A stretch of DNA of 64,000 nt from Azolla caroliniana (GCA_043228905.1 JBHGNT010000001.1:10416001-10480000); one strand, 5' to 3'; positions 23,842 to 38,300 are shown, counted from the first letter of the stretch. The notes: generated from the sequence alone by a model not told the origin. Numbers and translations are program-made.

Positions 23842-26800
23842 ATATGGGCTTCAATATTTTAAATATCTTCATTGCATTACTAAAAGTTCCAAATAGAATT
23901 ACTTGTTTAGTTATTCATATCCTACACACAATAGTTCCAAAGTCACCCAAAATTGATAAATCCGAAGTATTAACACCTTTTTTTAACCGCAAATGATTTT
24001 TCTCGTCTATTTGTTCTCAAGGACCGTTGATGCCGGCATATAATGTTCTACATAAAAAACGAGAATGTCTCCAATAAGTACGAGAAATATTTTTATATTG
24101 ACATTGTGGACAAAATTTACCTTTTTATGTTCAAGTATTTATAGTAAATTGAGTTTTTTAACCAATGGAAAGATTTGTGTATCAAATTATCCAATACAAG
24201 GAGATATGGATGTAACCATATCCACGTTGCTATATTTATGTCCACATAGAACATGCGCTCTTCTTACATTTTCTCAAGTTTGTTGCGAACTTGGAGCATA
24301 ATGTAGCATATATAAAGCACATCTTACTATCACAAGCTTGCCATTACAAGTATGTTAATCGTCCCCTTTAAAGCTTGACCATTTTGGTTCTTTCTTGCAA
24401 TCGTTCGAAAGCTTCTAACAGTTCAAAATTAAAATATCATGATTTTGATTTCATATCTTAACAAGTTCAAATAAATTAAGTTATACATTTACCTATGATT
24501 GTGAATGATAAAGAGAGTTCATCCATACTTGATGTGTTCTTGAGGATGGGGCTTTAGAAGTTTGCAATATGGTGGTATTTAGAACTATTTTCATCAAGAT
24601 TTGACATGCGAACATGGTGAAAAATATGTCACGTCTTTAAGGGATGTCCTTATCCATTGCCACATATTCCACAATGAAATGTGATTCTTTAATTCTTATT
24701 GCACATATGTAAAATTTATGAATCTTCATTTTGACACATGACATTGATGAAATGTGATTCTTTAATTCTTATTGCGCATATGTAAAATTTATGAATCTTC
24801 ATTTTGACACATGGCATTAATATTTGAATATGTATTGTTCACATGTCATTCATTTTCGGAAAACTTCCTCATTATTTGCATGTCATTTATCTTCGGATAC
24901 TAATTGTTTGCATGACATCATAAATGCTGTAATCCTTGCGCTATCAATTCAATAAAATTGAGATAAACTTATTTCAATAATTGTGAAATCAATTTGTTCA
25001 CCACATATTTTTTATATATAAAGAGAGTACTTGTAATGAAAATGATGATTAATTTGAATCAAAATCAAACTAGAATTCTTTTGGCTTGTAAATTATAAAG
25101 ATACAATGTGCGTTGACATTTAATGTCTTGATATATTCTTCAAAATTACTATGTCCACCTTGATATCTCAAAAGGGTATATTGTGACAAAAAAACAAATA
25201 AATGACCTGCCTCATTATCTAAACATTGAAGGGTAAAATTGAAGGAAATGTGTACAAATTATGAGAAATGGATTGTAATTTGCATACCCAAAGTAGAGAC
25301 ATTTTATCCATAATAGTTCATATAGGAATTCCGAGGGATGCAACCCCTTATTATGCACACACAAACACATACATCTCGAAGTCATAAAATTGAGAGAACT
25401 TAAGTTGTCGTGCGCTAGGTCCCGTCTTATAGATCGTAATCGGTCTCCAATGGCTTCAAAAATCTCTACCTCTCTCCAAACAATGAAACCACATGCATCA
25501 ATACGTGTTAAAGCCCATCCCTTAGTCAATCATCGAAACCATTGCTTCCATATGGTTGAGTAATAAACTATGATGTGAGATGGGACTTTGGGATACATGT
25601 GGGGAGACTAATAAACTATGCATATTTTCCTCCAATGAATTTCTCTCGCAATCACTGTATGAATGACTAGTTGTGACATTCATTGGTAAAGTTCTTAAAC
25701 ATCAAGAGTCACTACACATTTCCACATGTATTACATGCAAGTGTATTATTTTTTGCCTCCTAGGTCATATTTGACCTCCGAAGAGATGAATAAATCCCTC
25801 TCTTTCTCTCTCTCCTAGCATGGGGGTTTACATCATAGCATCAAAGTCATAGAATTGGTAGAACCAATCTTGATCCTTAATATGGGCTTGATCTTGTATC
25901 GTAGACTGCAATTAACCTCCCATGGATCTCATTATATATATATATCCTATGTCTCTCTCTCCTTCTCTACAAAAAACAAAGAACCTTAGAAATTGTTTTT
26001 CACATGTATCTATGGATTTTATGCATTTGCTTTAACCCTATTATGCCAATCAAGAAGAAGTAGAAATGTGTGTGGCCGATGTAGACATTATCACTGCACA
26101 AAGAGTATACATGTTGATACAAATTTTTGTGAAAAGAATAGTCAATTCTTTTGAGAGAGGGAGAACAAATCTTTTGGGAGGGTGTATCCCTAGGGAATTC
26201 CTATATGTATATGTATATGTATAGAGAGACAAAGAAGAGTGATGAATGACAAAATGATAGAGTATTGGGTAATGGTGATGATATTTCCTACATGACACAT
26301 CACCTTATCTACACCACAACAATGTTGACTATTGAACACGTGATGGCAATCTAAACTTCCATTTTGTGCAAAATATATTCCTTCATTCGCAATGGCTAGC
26401 TTGTTGGCTTTTGGCAATGGCTTTAAAATGCTAACCACATTATATATCAAATAAGATGAATTTTTCCTATATAGTGTGAAAAGAATTCCAAACACATATT
26501 GTCGCTAAAGCCAAGTTGTTTTGTCACAACTTTGGACATTGTTAATTAGAACATTTATGCAATTACCCTTTCCCAAAGCTTGAACCAAATAGTTTTGGCC
26601 TACCTTTTTGGGGGATCTCTATGGAGTATGAGAGATGGATTCTTGTTTGATGGTCTCTTTAGAGCACCAGAACTAGTACATAGATTGGAAGGAAAATTGA
26701 TTTAGTATTGGACTACCTTGGTTATTGGGGTGGGTCTATGATAAACTATGAGAAACGTGTCCTTTTTTCATGGTCTCTTTGGAACACAATAGCAAGTACA

Positions 26801-29800
26801 TAGACATCAAGGAAAATTGATTTAGTAGTTTTCACAATTAACCTTTGAGGGCACCTTGTCCTCAAAGGAGTGGCCTTTATGTTAGCTAATTTTACAAGTA
26901 CCATAGAGGATTTACATTATATAGTAAGGACAACAAGGTTTTTTTTATATTGTCATGTTGTTTTACCTTGACCAAATGGTTGTAGCCCATGTGGCAAGGT
27001 AGTTCATGCATTCATCCCCTACATTCCACGGTAGTCTATGACCATCTATTATAGTAGTACATATAGTTGGATTCGAACAAATGTTGTGAACTTTGACGTA
27101 TGACTAGATATATAATCCTAATACAAAAAGGCAAAACTTCTGATGGAAAAAATGATAACTAAAAGAAAGGGAAACACCCTAGAGAAGCTTAAATGTATAA
27201 AAGGATTTCACATTGTATGCTTGCTTGTTTCCTGAATTTAAATACATAACCCATGGTCAAAGTTGTGGCTTCTAATTACCTCCCTTAAGTTCTAACTAAT
27301 TTGCTATTTCGCTTCTATGTGACTACTTACAAGACTCCCACTTTCTAGTCAAAGAATGATTAATAATTAAATATGACAATTAACAAGATGAATTGTCTAC
27401 TTTCAAACATCATACAACTGTTTTCTTTTAGTATTTACTTGTTGTTAATGTTAATAGACAAGTGGATTCCACGATGTATGTACTCTTTTGTTCCATTTTT
27501 TCATGGAGAAGACTATATCACTTTTTTATAAGTCATCTGAGAATCATCTTCGTCCTTTATGGATGTTTTGAATATAATGTGTGCCTTATATGTGGTGTTG
27601 CGTGGTTTGCAAATTATATACAAATCAAGCTCGTGATGTATGAAAAGAAACTCCAGAATGTCTTAATGTGACAATTGCATAAGAAGTCTAAGCCTTGATG
27701 AGAGAGACAATATGCCAATGTCCACTTGTGCTTTGTCAAAATGCTATCGTGGCACATTTTCACCCAAAAAATAAAAAGATAAAAAATATCTTCATCCTTT
27801 ACATCATGAGGTGTGATAGTCTTAAATTAGTAATTTAGTGCAAAATGTACACTCAACATTATAGTTTTGATCCGATGAAGAAACATTGTAGCAATTGAAT
27901 GCATCCACAAGTTGAATTGAATTTATTGCATAGATATATCTCTTGGTTTGCTTTAAAAAATGTAGAGGCGAATATGTATGCATTCCTACAAATTCAACTG
28001 TTTTTTAATTGTTAAATAGTTTCGGGGACATTGAATATAATTTAAAAAACAAAGATGAATATTTAGTCCAATAAGCAATAAGAATGCAAACATTTGGACG
28101 ATAACCATTTGAGAAAGTTTACATTAAATTGTAGCATGAAATGGAAATAATTGTAAGGTTTTACTAAATCTTAGTAAAATCACAATCACCCACTTCTAAC
28201 TTTATCCTAGTTGGGAATGACCTATAGCATGACATCAAACACAAAGAGAAGTACATGTTGTCAACTCTTGAGTTCACAACACACATATGGACAAGATGAG
28301 GAGTGTGCAAAGCCCATTATATATATAAGATGCACATTAACATGAGCAACAGAGACATGTAGAAGGCAAGACAAGAAAATTGCTATCGATTTGGAACTGT
28401 ATGTTAGAGGGTCATTCTCGAACAAAGTTTGGAAAACATGTATGTACAGCAAGGATCAAATTATCTTTTGATTGTACAAAAAAAAATTTCATAGATCTAT
28501 TTATTTCTATATAGGATTTTAGTCCCCTTATGAATATTTTCAATTGGCGTTTTCGAAAACTCATCCGACTTTTGGTAGAAGAGGACAATTTTTTGTCATG
28601 TGCTATTTGGAAGCAGCAAAGTGTGCATGTGCAAACAAGGATTGGGCTAAATCCCTACAACTCTCTAGATAAGGCCAACTTGCGACAAAACAAAGATTTC
28701 TAGATGTATAACAATAGTAATGTTGAGCTCTTCATAAAGAATTAAACTTTAACAAATAATATTTTCTTGAAACTTTGCACGAGACCATCATTATTGTAGG
28801 ACAATCAAAAGAGCTTTATCAGAGATATCTCTATCAAAGTTTGAATTCCTAACAATGATCTCTCTAGACTTATCATGATATGATAAGTCTTAATAGTGGT
28901 GGACACATGAGTTGTACGGTATTACTTTGTTTTCTTTCAATTAGAGATGGATTTAAACAATAAACTAGAGTAATTGTATTGTCTTCGAACTCTCTGAGAC
29001 CTCTATGGGGATAAAAATTTGCAAAGAATAACAGCCACATGGGAAGGATGGTGTGTGATTCACATTGATACAGAGAGTAGTTACTCATATAATTTATTAC
29101 AAGCATGTGCTTTACATGGTTTTAGTGCCACTGTCCACATCAAAACATTGTACAAGGACAAAAGAACATGTAATCTAAAGCTAATGAATTATGCCAGAAA
29201 GGTGAAAAGTAATGTTCAAAGGTAACTTATTGTGCTTGAAAGGTGAATTCTGGGTGAATGACATGGCATTGTGAATCGTGATGTTTATCCACCGCACAAA
29301 TTTCCATGTTTTTTTTATTCTTTTGAGTGTTTTGTGAGAACCATATTGTCAACTTTATCTTGATGGTTTGCACCTAGAGTTTGATGTATTTGTATTGGCA
29401 TTACTTGAAAATTGGCCCCAAAATGTTACGTAGTGCCTCCTTGCTTGATATTTTAGAATAGAATCCTGAAAATACCAAGCTAATGAATTGATTTAACGAA
29501 AAAAATAGAGAAGGTTTCCTTTAAGACTATTTTTGTCTCATATTGAGGTTTTACGCCACTCACATAAGGATATTAACTAGTAAAGAAAAGCATACTAAAG
29601 AAGAAATGTTGTTAAGTGTAATTTGCACTTTGCATTATTTTGAAATCATCTTGATTGTTTTGAAAATTGAAGATACAAGGATGTCATTGAATTATGATAT
29701 ATGTGTGAAGGGATACGCTACAATACAAGGTCATGGCGTTTACTTTTGTATAGCTTTTGGTTGTCGTGTCGTGTCGTGTTGTGTTTTCAATGATTGTTCA

Positions 29801-30145
29801 TTAGGTAAAAATAGTGTGAGGCTTCACTAGAACTTGTGTAAATGCTGAATTCTTATGGAAATGTTTTCAAGAGAAAACGAGAATCCAAAGTAGGGATAGG
29901 TAAATACATACACAATTTGTCCCAATGAGATGCATGCTAAATCTTAATCTTAAAATTTTCTTATTATTTCATGGTGACAAGGCAATACTGACTAGTAAAG
30001 GAATTTTTCTTTGACAGATATTTTTCTATTGCAATTTGCGACAATAGAGCAATGTGTGGGGATGAAAGAAGAAAAAGAGGGGAAATGAAAGGTAGAATTT
30101 AGTTTGCAAGTCACAATGAATGTAAAAGAAAAAAAAAGGAAGAGG

Positions 30146-31800
30146 ATTTTTGTCCAAATAAATATCCATTCATTAATGTAAACAATTTACAAAGATTTGA
30201 TTCCTATATGATCGGTAGAAGAAACAACCATTTTGGTGGCTGAAAGTGATAAAAAGGAGTGCCATTCTTCGAGGTCATAAGTGGAGTAGTTGTCCACAAA
30301 GTAAGAAATTGATGTCGTTGAGCAGCTTTATCGTCAGAATCTCCAACAATTCAATCCCATTGACCCTTCAAAGTATGAACCATGTCCAACCGAATACTTT
30401 TTACCAATTCAATTAGTGAGGCTCTAACTTGGTGAAAAACGAAAGGGCATCGAGCCTTCCAAATGTAGTATGCAATAGTACTACTCAGTATCTCCCATAA
30501 TGGTTGTATTTCCTTTCTTATACCTAACAACTGCATAGACATTAATGGAAGTGCATGAACACTTCCAGATTTGGTGTGAAAACCATGGTCTAGACTCTAT
30601 AGATTTGGCATCGTAATGAAAATAGAGCGGACAAGTGACGTCCAAACCACCATGCCCCAAGTGAATATTGATGGGGGAAGTAGTTAGCAAATATTGTAAG
30701 GAGGCGTTACCATACCAGTTGAGACTCAATGTAGTCCCATGGACAATGTTTCTGAGTTTTAGATTGTAAATGAGAACAACTAGAGGATACGCCCATCTTA
30801 GGCAACCATGTGTCGACAGGCAAAGCTCGATGCACAAGAAACCACTGTTCATTCAATATTTGTTGTGGCAGTTTTCTTGCCCATAGGTTTTTACCTAGAA
30901 CTTAGCAAGAAACTTGGGAGTAATACCCTCATGACTCCAATATTGAAATGCAGTTGGTAACACATCTTGTCTATCTGAGAGCACATGTCTTCCCAATTGT
31001 TCAGAATTTTGGAAAAAATTAAAGTTGTTACCAATAAATGGATCTGTCCACTGATAATCAACTGGTTCCAATCTAATCTAAACAATGGTTGTTTAGCCAA
31101 CACCCACAACTTCCAATGTGACCTTATGTCCTCTATCGGTGGATCAATAAACCATTTGTGATCAGTGTATCCTATTACCCGTATCTTGTGTTCAATAGCA
31201 TAAGGATAATCAATCACTATTTCTTACGATTGGGACAAATGTTTTGCATTATCCACATTAAAAAAACAGGTCTTATCCTCTAAATACCTCTTTACAGTCA
31301 AGAGTACTTCTGATTTGGAAAAAACATCAACCCATTTATGGTAAGAGCTATTGGGTGGTATGGTGACTCTACTCACAACTTCTTGAATTTGACGATGCAT
31401 TAATTTTCCTCCATGCATCCAAGCTAGTACTTGTTTTTGCTCTTCCCAAGAGTGCGATAAAAGAAAACCTACCAAGTCCTAACTAAGTTAGCAAGACTTG
31501 TTGTCATTTTCCCCCATGCCAACCATTGTGTGGAACCCATCACTAAACCATTTGATGTTGTAAACAACGGGTTCTAGACTACCCTTTGTCTGAGATACAC
31601 ATCATAATGCATAGGGTTGGTTTTATTGCGGAGCAAACCACGTAAGACTTGTTTCCATGCAAAAAAAATAGTCTGAATAATTTTGTCCTCCCATCCATGG
31701 GATGAAGGAAGAGGAATAATTCCAATGGAATGTGTTTTTTTGTATTGTGTCATGTCATTGAACCAACCACACATCGGTTTGTCACTTGCCTGGAATCACA
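30146..31800 (-). mobile_element. Degenerate 3' part of an L1-like LINE (zf-RVT region and C-terminus)
   Basis: QWFLVHRALPVDTW..; PLWEILSSTIAYYIWKARC..FH; HFQPPKWLF; 3' UTR homologous to 48620-48680. Confidence 0.75.
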
Positions 31801-31809
31801 ACATGTCTG

Positions 31810-31841
<32 letters not shown>

Positions 31842-32681
31842 TATATAGTATGGACTTCTAAAAATGGGGTTTCTATGGGTGTTTTAGTAGGTTGGATCAA
31901 AGTGGCCACCATCAAAAGCGCAAATTGTTTTTTCATTCACCTGAGATAAGGGAGTTGAATATATAGTTAGGATGCAAAATGAATTTGACTGTGAGGCCCA
32001 ATCTGGGGTGCAGAGAGGCGTATCCGAAGTTTGAAAGGTTGGGCAACCCAAATCCCGTCTGTTGGGAACTTCGGGATTGATATCGCACGTGTCTTCTAGG
32101 AATAAGATGTCATATTCGCAGATCGTGTGAGCCCATGGCATAATGCATGTCCCATAGGGCCAGAGGGTCTTTTGTCCTTGAGAATCCATTCGAGGTCCTT
32201 TGGCAATTAATGATACAACGCTATCCTTTCTCGCAAGACGCCATATTCTCCGATAATGTCATCCATGACATAATCCATTCCATAGCCGTAAGTGCACAAC
32301 GTATCGTTCCGTAGGTGCACAATGTCTCGTTGTCCTAGGTAGGACCATTGTTGTCCTTGGGCAGTTAATAATACAACACCATTTTTTTCCGGGTGGGAAA
32401 GGTAAAGGGAAAGGGGGGGGGGGGGTTATGTTTTCTTTATTGGTTTCTTAATTTTGGGGTTTGGATTTTTGGAGGTCCTAAAGGGACCAATCAAGTCAAA
32501 CAAAGGAAAAGGGAGAAGGGAGACATAGTGAGGTCTGTGATGATGTAAGCAGCAAAGCACTAAGAAGAAGAAGAAGTAGGAGAAAAAGTTACCCAAAAGG
32601 GTAAGGCAAAACTGGGTCAAATGTCTGTCTGTCTGTCTGTCTAGTAAGGGATGGGCAATGGGAGGTATGTATGGTGGTGCC

Positions 32682-32688
32682 TATATAA
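32682..32688 (+). promoter_or_regulatory. Putative TATA box of the ERF gene
   Basis: CCTATATAAG about 210 bp upstream of the ATG, followed by a CT-rich leader. Confidence 0.55.
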
Positions 32689-32895
32689 GCCCAAAGAAGT
32701 GGCTTCTGAACAGACTTGAAAGCTTTGGACCAGGAAGACAGAAGAAAAACAAGCATCCATCATCCAACACACACAACACAATAGCATACAAGAACCTCTC
32801 TCTGTTTTTCCTTTTGAATGCAATCCTCTCATCCTTAGAATTCCTTTGGATCAATCCTTCTCCCTTACACACTCTATTCTTCTCCATAGCTTAAT

Positions 32896-34494
32896 ATGGG
32901 CATCTCCCCTGCCTCCCCTACCTCTCCCTTCAACAACTATACACTCCTCCATGATGACTTCTCCCCTTCAAATTCCCCTCCTCCTTCTACAACAAATTCC
33001 CCTCCATCCACTAATTATACCTCTTCCCCTCCTCCTTCCTTCATCCTCTCCTCATCTCCTCCTCCTCCCCTCACTCCTTCTCCTCCTCCTAACAAACGAG
33101 TCCGCGGACTGCAGGATCTCCTCTGGAAGCTTAAGTCGCAAAAGAAGGCCCGAGTAGACTCGGTCCTTCACAAGATGGGCCAACTCGTCCAAGAAGAAGC
33201 CAAGGCTGGAAACCTCGAAGCCCTTTCGTTTTGTAGCCATCTCCATTCGCTCATCGCAAGCCCCAAAGACAAGCCGACTTATAGCCCTCGCCATTCCGGC
33301 CTTACTTGGGCAAATGACCATTGGGAAGGTTATAGTTTCTCCGAGGGCTTTGGCCAAGAAATCCTCGAAAGCAAACTCTTCGGAGAAACCCGAGGCCGCC
33401 GTGTCCGCCCACCCATTCAGCTCCCTCCCCTAGACACCACCACCACCACCACCACCACCACATCCACCACTTCAGCATCCATGGAGATTTGTTCCTCTTC
33501 AAGCCTATACATAAACAATCTGAATTGCCCATGGAGATCACAGAATTCCTCCAGTGCCACAACCCCAGTGTCGCTCCGAGCCTCTCTAGTCAGCTCCACT
33601 TCTTGCGTAATGCCCTTAAATGAGAACGATTCTGATGATATGGTGGTGTACAGCATGCTCAAAGAGGCATCCAACAAGGGATGGCTTCCAAAGACCCCAA
33701 CTGGCCATGGCCAGATTTCGGCTGCACCTAGGTCCACAACTACTTCCGGTGGCACCACCACCATAGCCAATGCCAGCACAGGATATAATGTCGAGAAGAC
33801 AAAGGGCTCAACCACCCGAATGGACCCACAAATGGGTCCAGTCCAACGGGCAGAGCCCCGGGCCCGACACTTTCGAGGTGTGAGGCGCCGGCCTTGGGGG
33901 AAATATGCGGCGGAGATCAGGGACTCAGCAAAGCAGGGGGCCCGCGTTTGGCTCGGGACATTCAACACGGCCGAGGAAGCGGCCATGGCCTATGACAGGG
34001 CAGCTCTAAAGATGAGAGGGGCTAGAGCCCTTCTCAATTTCCCCCTTGAGGCTGTCACCCATTCTCTCCATGAAAGCCAACTACCACCCAAAATAACCAG
34101 AAGGAAGTCCAAGGCATCACACTCACAACATACTCTCACTCAACCCACATCTAAGGAGCACAATTCATCATCATCATCTAGTTCTCATGTCATTCCTTCT
34201 GTTAACCCGAAATCACATGATGCACTGCCTTTAACTGATTGCCCCCTCGGTGCCACGCAAAATGACACAACATTCAAAACATCCCCAATCGGTGCCACGC
34301 AAAATGACACAACATTCGAAACATCCCCAATCGGTGCCACGCAAAATGACACAACATTCGAAACATCCCCAATCAGTGCCACGCAAAATGACAGAACATT
34401 CGAAACATCATCAATCTCGATCCCTCTTATCATACAAGAATGGGAGAGTCACAATGATGCGTTCTCCCTTCAAGACCTGCTCCCGTGCTACTAA
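32896..34494 (+). CDS. AP2/ERF transcription factor, ERF subfamily group IX-like, intronless, 532 aa
   Basis: Single AP2 domain [53 protein letters not shown] with the ERF-type Ala14/Asp19; [19 protein letters not shown] resembles the group IXa N-terminal motif. Confidence 0.95.
   Translation: MGISPASPTSPFNNYTLLHDDFSPSNSPPPSTTNSPPSTNYTSSPPPSFILSSSPPPPLTPSPPPNKRVRGLQDLLWKLKSQKKARVDSVLHKMGQLVQEEAKAGNLEALSFCSHLHSLIASPKDKPTYSPRHSGLTWANDHWEGYSFSEGFGQEILESKLFGETRGRRVRPPIQLPPLDTTTTTTTTTSTTSASMEICSSSSLYINNLNCPWRSQNSSSATTPVSLRASLVSSTSCVMPLNENDSDDMVVYSMLKEASNKGWLPKTPTGHGQISAAPRSTTTSGGTTTIANASTGYNVEKTKGSTTRMDPQMGPVQRAEPRARHFRGVRRRPWGKYAAEIRDSAKQGARVWLGTFNTAEEAAMAYDRAALKMRGARALLNFPLEAVTHSLHESQLPPKITRRKSKASHSQHTLTQPTSKEHNSSSSSSSHVIPSVNPKSHDALPLTDCPLGATQNDTTFKTSPIGATQNDTTFETSPIGATQNDTTFETSPISATQNDRTFETSSISIPLIIQEWESHNDAFSLQDLLPCY
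34247..34415 (+). repeat. Coding minisatellite, 4 x 42 bp ([14 protein letters not shown])
   Basis: Seen in both DNA and protein. Confidence 0.95.
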
Positions 34495-34653
34495 CTGGCC
34501 AATTGGTCTCCACACTTCGCTTATGTATACATATTTCGCACTCCTCTTGTCCGTCACAAACTTACTAACACCCCAATCCCGAAAAAGAACTAGTTTCTTA
34601 AAATTGAGATTTTGCTAATGGTGTCTCTCAGTCTCGAACAAAAAATGTTTTTG

Positions 34654-35075
34654 CATTCTTCGATGACTTTAATTTTGAATCCGTAAGTTTGATCGGAAGG
34701 AAAGTTGTTTCAAATATGCCTTTTGCTTGTGAGCTTGAAATTTACCACAACTTTACCCATTTCCTGATCACAAGTAGGTCACTTTGATGATTGTTTGCAA
34801 ATCTTCATAAAGGAAAAGAAGTTCCATAATTGAAGTTCTACACCCTTCATTGGAATATGGCAAATCTTCATTCTTCGATGACTTTAATTTTGAATCCGTA
34901 AGTTTGATCGGAAGGAAAGTTGTTTCAAATATGCCTTTTGCTTGTGAGCTTGAAATTTACCACAACTTTACCCATTTCCTGATCACAAGTAGGTCACTTT
35001 GATGATTGTTGGCAAATCTTCATTAAGGAAAAGAAGTTCCATAATTGAAGTTCTACACCCTTCAATGGAATATGG
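34654..35075. repeat. ~207-bp tandem duplication (offset 215) downstream of the ERF stop codon
   Basis: 34654-34860 matches 34869-35075. Confidence 0.95.
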
Positions 35076-35488
35076 GCAATACTCCCTATAAAATATTCTG
35101 TCTTTTCTCTAAGAATGCCAAAATTTGGAAGATGGAACTCACTCACCCATTCAAACATATGAGAGTAAGACATTTTTCTATCTTTACCTCAACAAAATGT
35201 AGTCAACGACTATCACAATATCTAGCTTTGCTATGAACATTATTGCCTTCCTTCTTTCAATATATCGCACAATTCATCTGTATGGCAAACTTTCACTCCT
35301 AATATGATCAACAAATGGTCTCCTTATAGTGGGAAGGGCTATGTGCTTACCATACACAGGTCGTCTCAATAATCATTTCTTGGTTATATGTCAATTGTTT
35401 TAGACTTAGGAAAGGGAGCTAATGATGTTGATATCCAAGGTATCTTACAATGCCATAAAGAGCAATATAGGACAACATTGTATCTAGG

Positions 35489-36170
35489 CTTCCCAATTGT
35501 GTCTTCAATTCCTAAGTTGGACTATGCATTAAATCCTTTCCACTTGGCCTTGCTACACTCTATGACATTGCACATAACTTATCATCATTATCTATCTTGT
35601 GCGAATGCTATACATAAACCATCAACAATACATATGTTCATGAATACAAAAACGATGTTGTCTATTATCAGATGCAAAGTGCTAAGCATTTCTAACTTAT
35701 GTCATGTCTGGACTTCCCAATTGTCTCTTCAATTCTGAAGTTGGACTATGCATTAAATCCTTTCCACTTGACCTTGCTACGCTCTATGACATTGCACACA
35801 GCCGACCAATTATCATCATTATCTGTCCTGCGGCAATGCTGTACATAAAGTATCAATGATCATGAACACAAAAATGATGTTGTCTATATCAGATGCGCAT
35901 GCAACGCAAAGTGCCAAGCATTTCTAACTTATGTCCTGTCTACACTTCCCAATTGTCTCTTCAATTTTTAAGTTGGGAAATGCATTAATTCCTTTCCACT
36001 TGGCCTTCCTACGCTCTATGACATTGCATATAGCCGACCAATTATCATCATTATCTGTCCGGTGCCAGTGCTGTACATAGGCTAAGGGGTTTAGGGTTCA
36101 TGAACACAAAGATGAGGTTGTCTATATCAGATACGATGCAAAGTGCCAAGCATTTGTAACTTATGTCATG
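35489..36170. repeat. Three tandem ~225-230 bp units
   Basis: CTTCCCAATTGT..CTTCAATT starts at 35489, 35713, 35945. Confidence 0.92.
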
Positions 36171-36199
36171 TGAGAGACTAAGGGAGGACTTTAAACCAC

Positions 36200-38300
36200 A
36201 GTAACCACTCACTTCTCTTAGTAAGCATATGTAACACTCTTCATGCTAGTGAAAACTGAAAAAAGACCAACTCCCAAATTCAAGGGAATCCACAATTATT
36301 CCAAGGGGCCTTCGAGCTGCCGAATAATTGTAGTTAAACGCACGCTGGAATCACGTTGAACCAATGGAAAACATGTCATTTTCCACCATGATCAGGAGAG
36401 GAAACTTCTGGCGCCTTCATATATTTCCCATCAGGCTGTAGGCATCTCAAAAAAGCCAGCAACATTGCACTTTTTCATCATGGCCATATACAAATACATA
36501 CAACTCTGTCTTCAGATCATCTCGATGTGTTTACTCTTTCAACATACATATATATAAAGTTTTTTCAGACCATATGATTTGTATTCTTCAACATATCTGT
36601 CACTCTTTTGTTATATCATCTTAACATGTAAACTTTGGCATATATACAACTCTTTCTTCAGATCATCTATACATATTTATTCTTTGGCATACAAATGTTT
36701 CTTCAGACCATCTTGATGTGTATATTCTTCAGCATAAACTATACAAACTCTTTCTTCAGATTACCTTGATGTGCATAGCCTTCAACATATGCACAACTCT
36801 TTCTTGAGATCCTAATGCTGTGTACATCTTTCAACATAAACTAAACAACTCTTTCCCCGATGGTCAACTTCAGGCATATCTTCATCAACATATATCCAGC
36901 TCTTTCTTCAGAGAATATCTTTTCTAATGCTCTGCAGAAAATATATAGTGGATAGTAAAAATAATGATATTAGCGGTCCATATCAATCTCAAATCAAAAC
37001 ATTCCAGTATGGCATTTATATTAATTAATTAGTTTCATCACTATATATACAGTTTATTTTCCAAATCAGAAAATATCAGACTACATATACCTTTAGAACC
37101 GGCAAGAGTATCATAACCAATTCCTGAATTCATCGATCTGCAAACTCTAAACCTTGAGGTTTGTGTATAATATTAAGACCATCATATAGAGTTGAAACTA
37201 TATATATATATATATATATATATATCTTTGTATGTATGTATATATTAATAATTCCTGATCACCATATATAACTATCCTATGCTGCTGCAAGCATTAAAAC
37301 TCGAATCCACTATAGAAGCTAAAATCCAGAAAAAAGATCGTCTCAAAGCACACATAATACATTAAAAAACTTCTGTCCCCTTTTAAAGGTACTGTAGCAT
37401 CAATATATATATATGTATATATTCAACACACACACAAATACCACCAAGGTTTCCTTTATTTCCCCAAATGCAATCAAGTCTTCATTATTTTTGTGGAAAC
37501 ACTGCTGATTAACTCGATTAACTCCAAAGAAGAGAAAAAGGGGATGAATTTACCATGTAATTTATCAAATAGCACATGTAATTGGATTTATCAAGGGCAT
37601 TTGAGGAAATTAACAAAAGGACAAATAAGGAAACTCAAGGGGGTGGTTTTCCTATATAGATATAAATATGTAAGACATATGCATTTGTGTACGTATCCCA
37701 AATTTGGAATTTTGGTTGTGCGCGAGATGATTCATAATGAAGCACATCTTGCAGCGATCACAGTTTTGTTGATTTCAAAACGTGGCTGAATTGCATGAAT
37801 ACTTGTCTGCACCATGAAAGCTTTGCAGCAGCATAGATCATAACAGATATTTCACCCTGAATTCACACGAGGAATGAAAAAAAACAAAGAAAACACATAT
37901 ATTTTACAAAAAGGGATGAAGAAACATCAGAGAACTCTGAGAGATTTCAACAAAACGAGGGAGAAAAACCTAGGCGAAACGGAACGAGAATTTCAGGAAA
38001 AGTCTTAGCATTTCCAAAAGGAAGTTGCAAGAAAACTTTGAAGTTTCATTCAAAAATAGTCAAAAAAAACTCAGTAAAACTCCGACATTTATATCAGGGA
38101 ATAAAAAACCTCAGGAAACTCTGAGATTACCCGAGCAGGAACAAAGAAACCTCAAGAAAACGCTGAATTTTTTACACAAAGGAATGTACAAACCTGGGGA
38201 ATAATGTGAATTCCCGAAAAAATGAATGAATAAAACGTGTGGAAAACTTTGAGATTTTGATTAAAATCCGAATGGAATGGAATGGCCGGGCAGGCCAACA
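36200..38300 (-). ncRNA. Candidate spliced long non-coding (or micro-ORF) transcript; outer ends approximate
   Basis: Chain of GT-AG sites: exons ~38300-38194, 37856-37693, 37504/37501-37442, 37137-37091, 36931-~36200; no long ORF after splicing. Confidence 0.4.
36490..36912. repeat. Degenerate ~50-60 bp tandem repeat (about 8 units)
   Basis: Recurring ACAACTCTTTCTTCAGA(T/C)CATCTTGATGTGTATATTCTTCAACATA variants. Confidence 0.8.

Noticed and set aside
24000-30100. Short ORFs and 73-bp / ~120-bp duplications (24674-24813, 26620-26830)
   Set aside because: No coding signal or element boundaries I can support
34220-34232. ATGCACTGCCT matching the 5' half of miR408
   Set aside because: Only ~11 nt, inside the ERF CDS, no precursor hairpin
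37091-37815. Spliced reading frame MVQTSIH..CASL*IISR..IDEFRNWL with an internal TGA (readthrough or selenocysteine idea)
   Set aside because: No recognisable homology, and land plants lack the selenocysteine machinery; more simply non-coding
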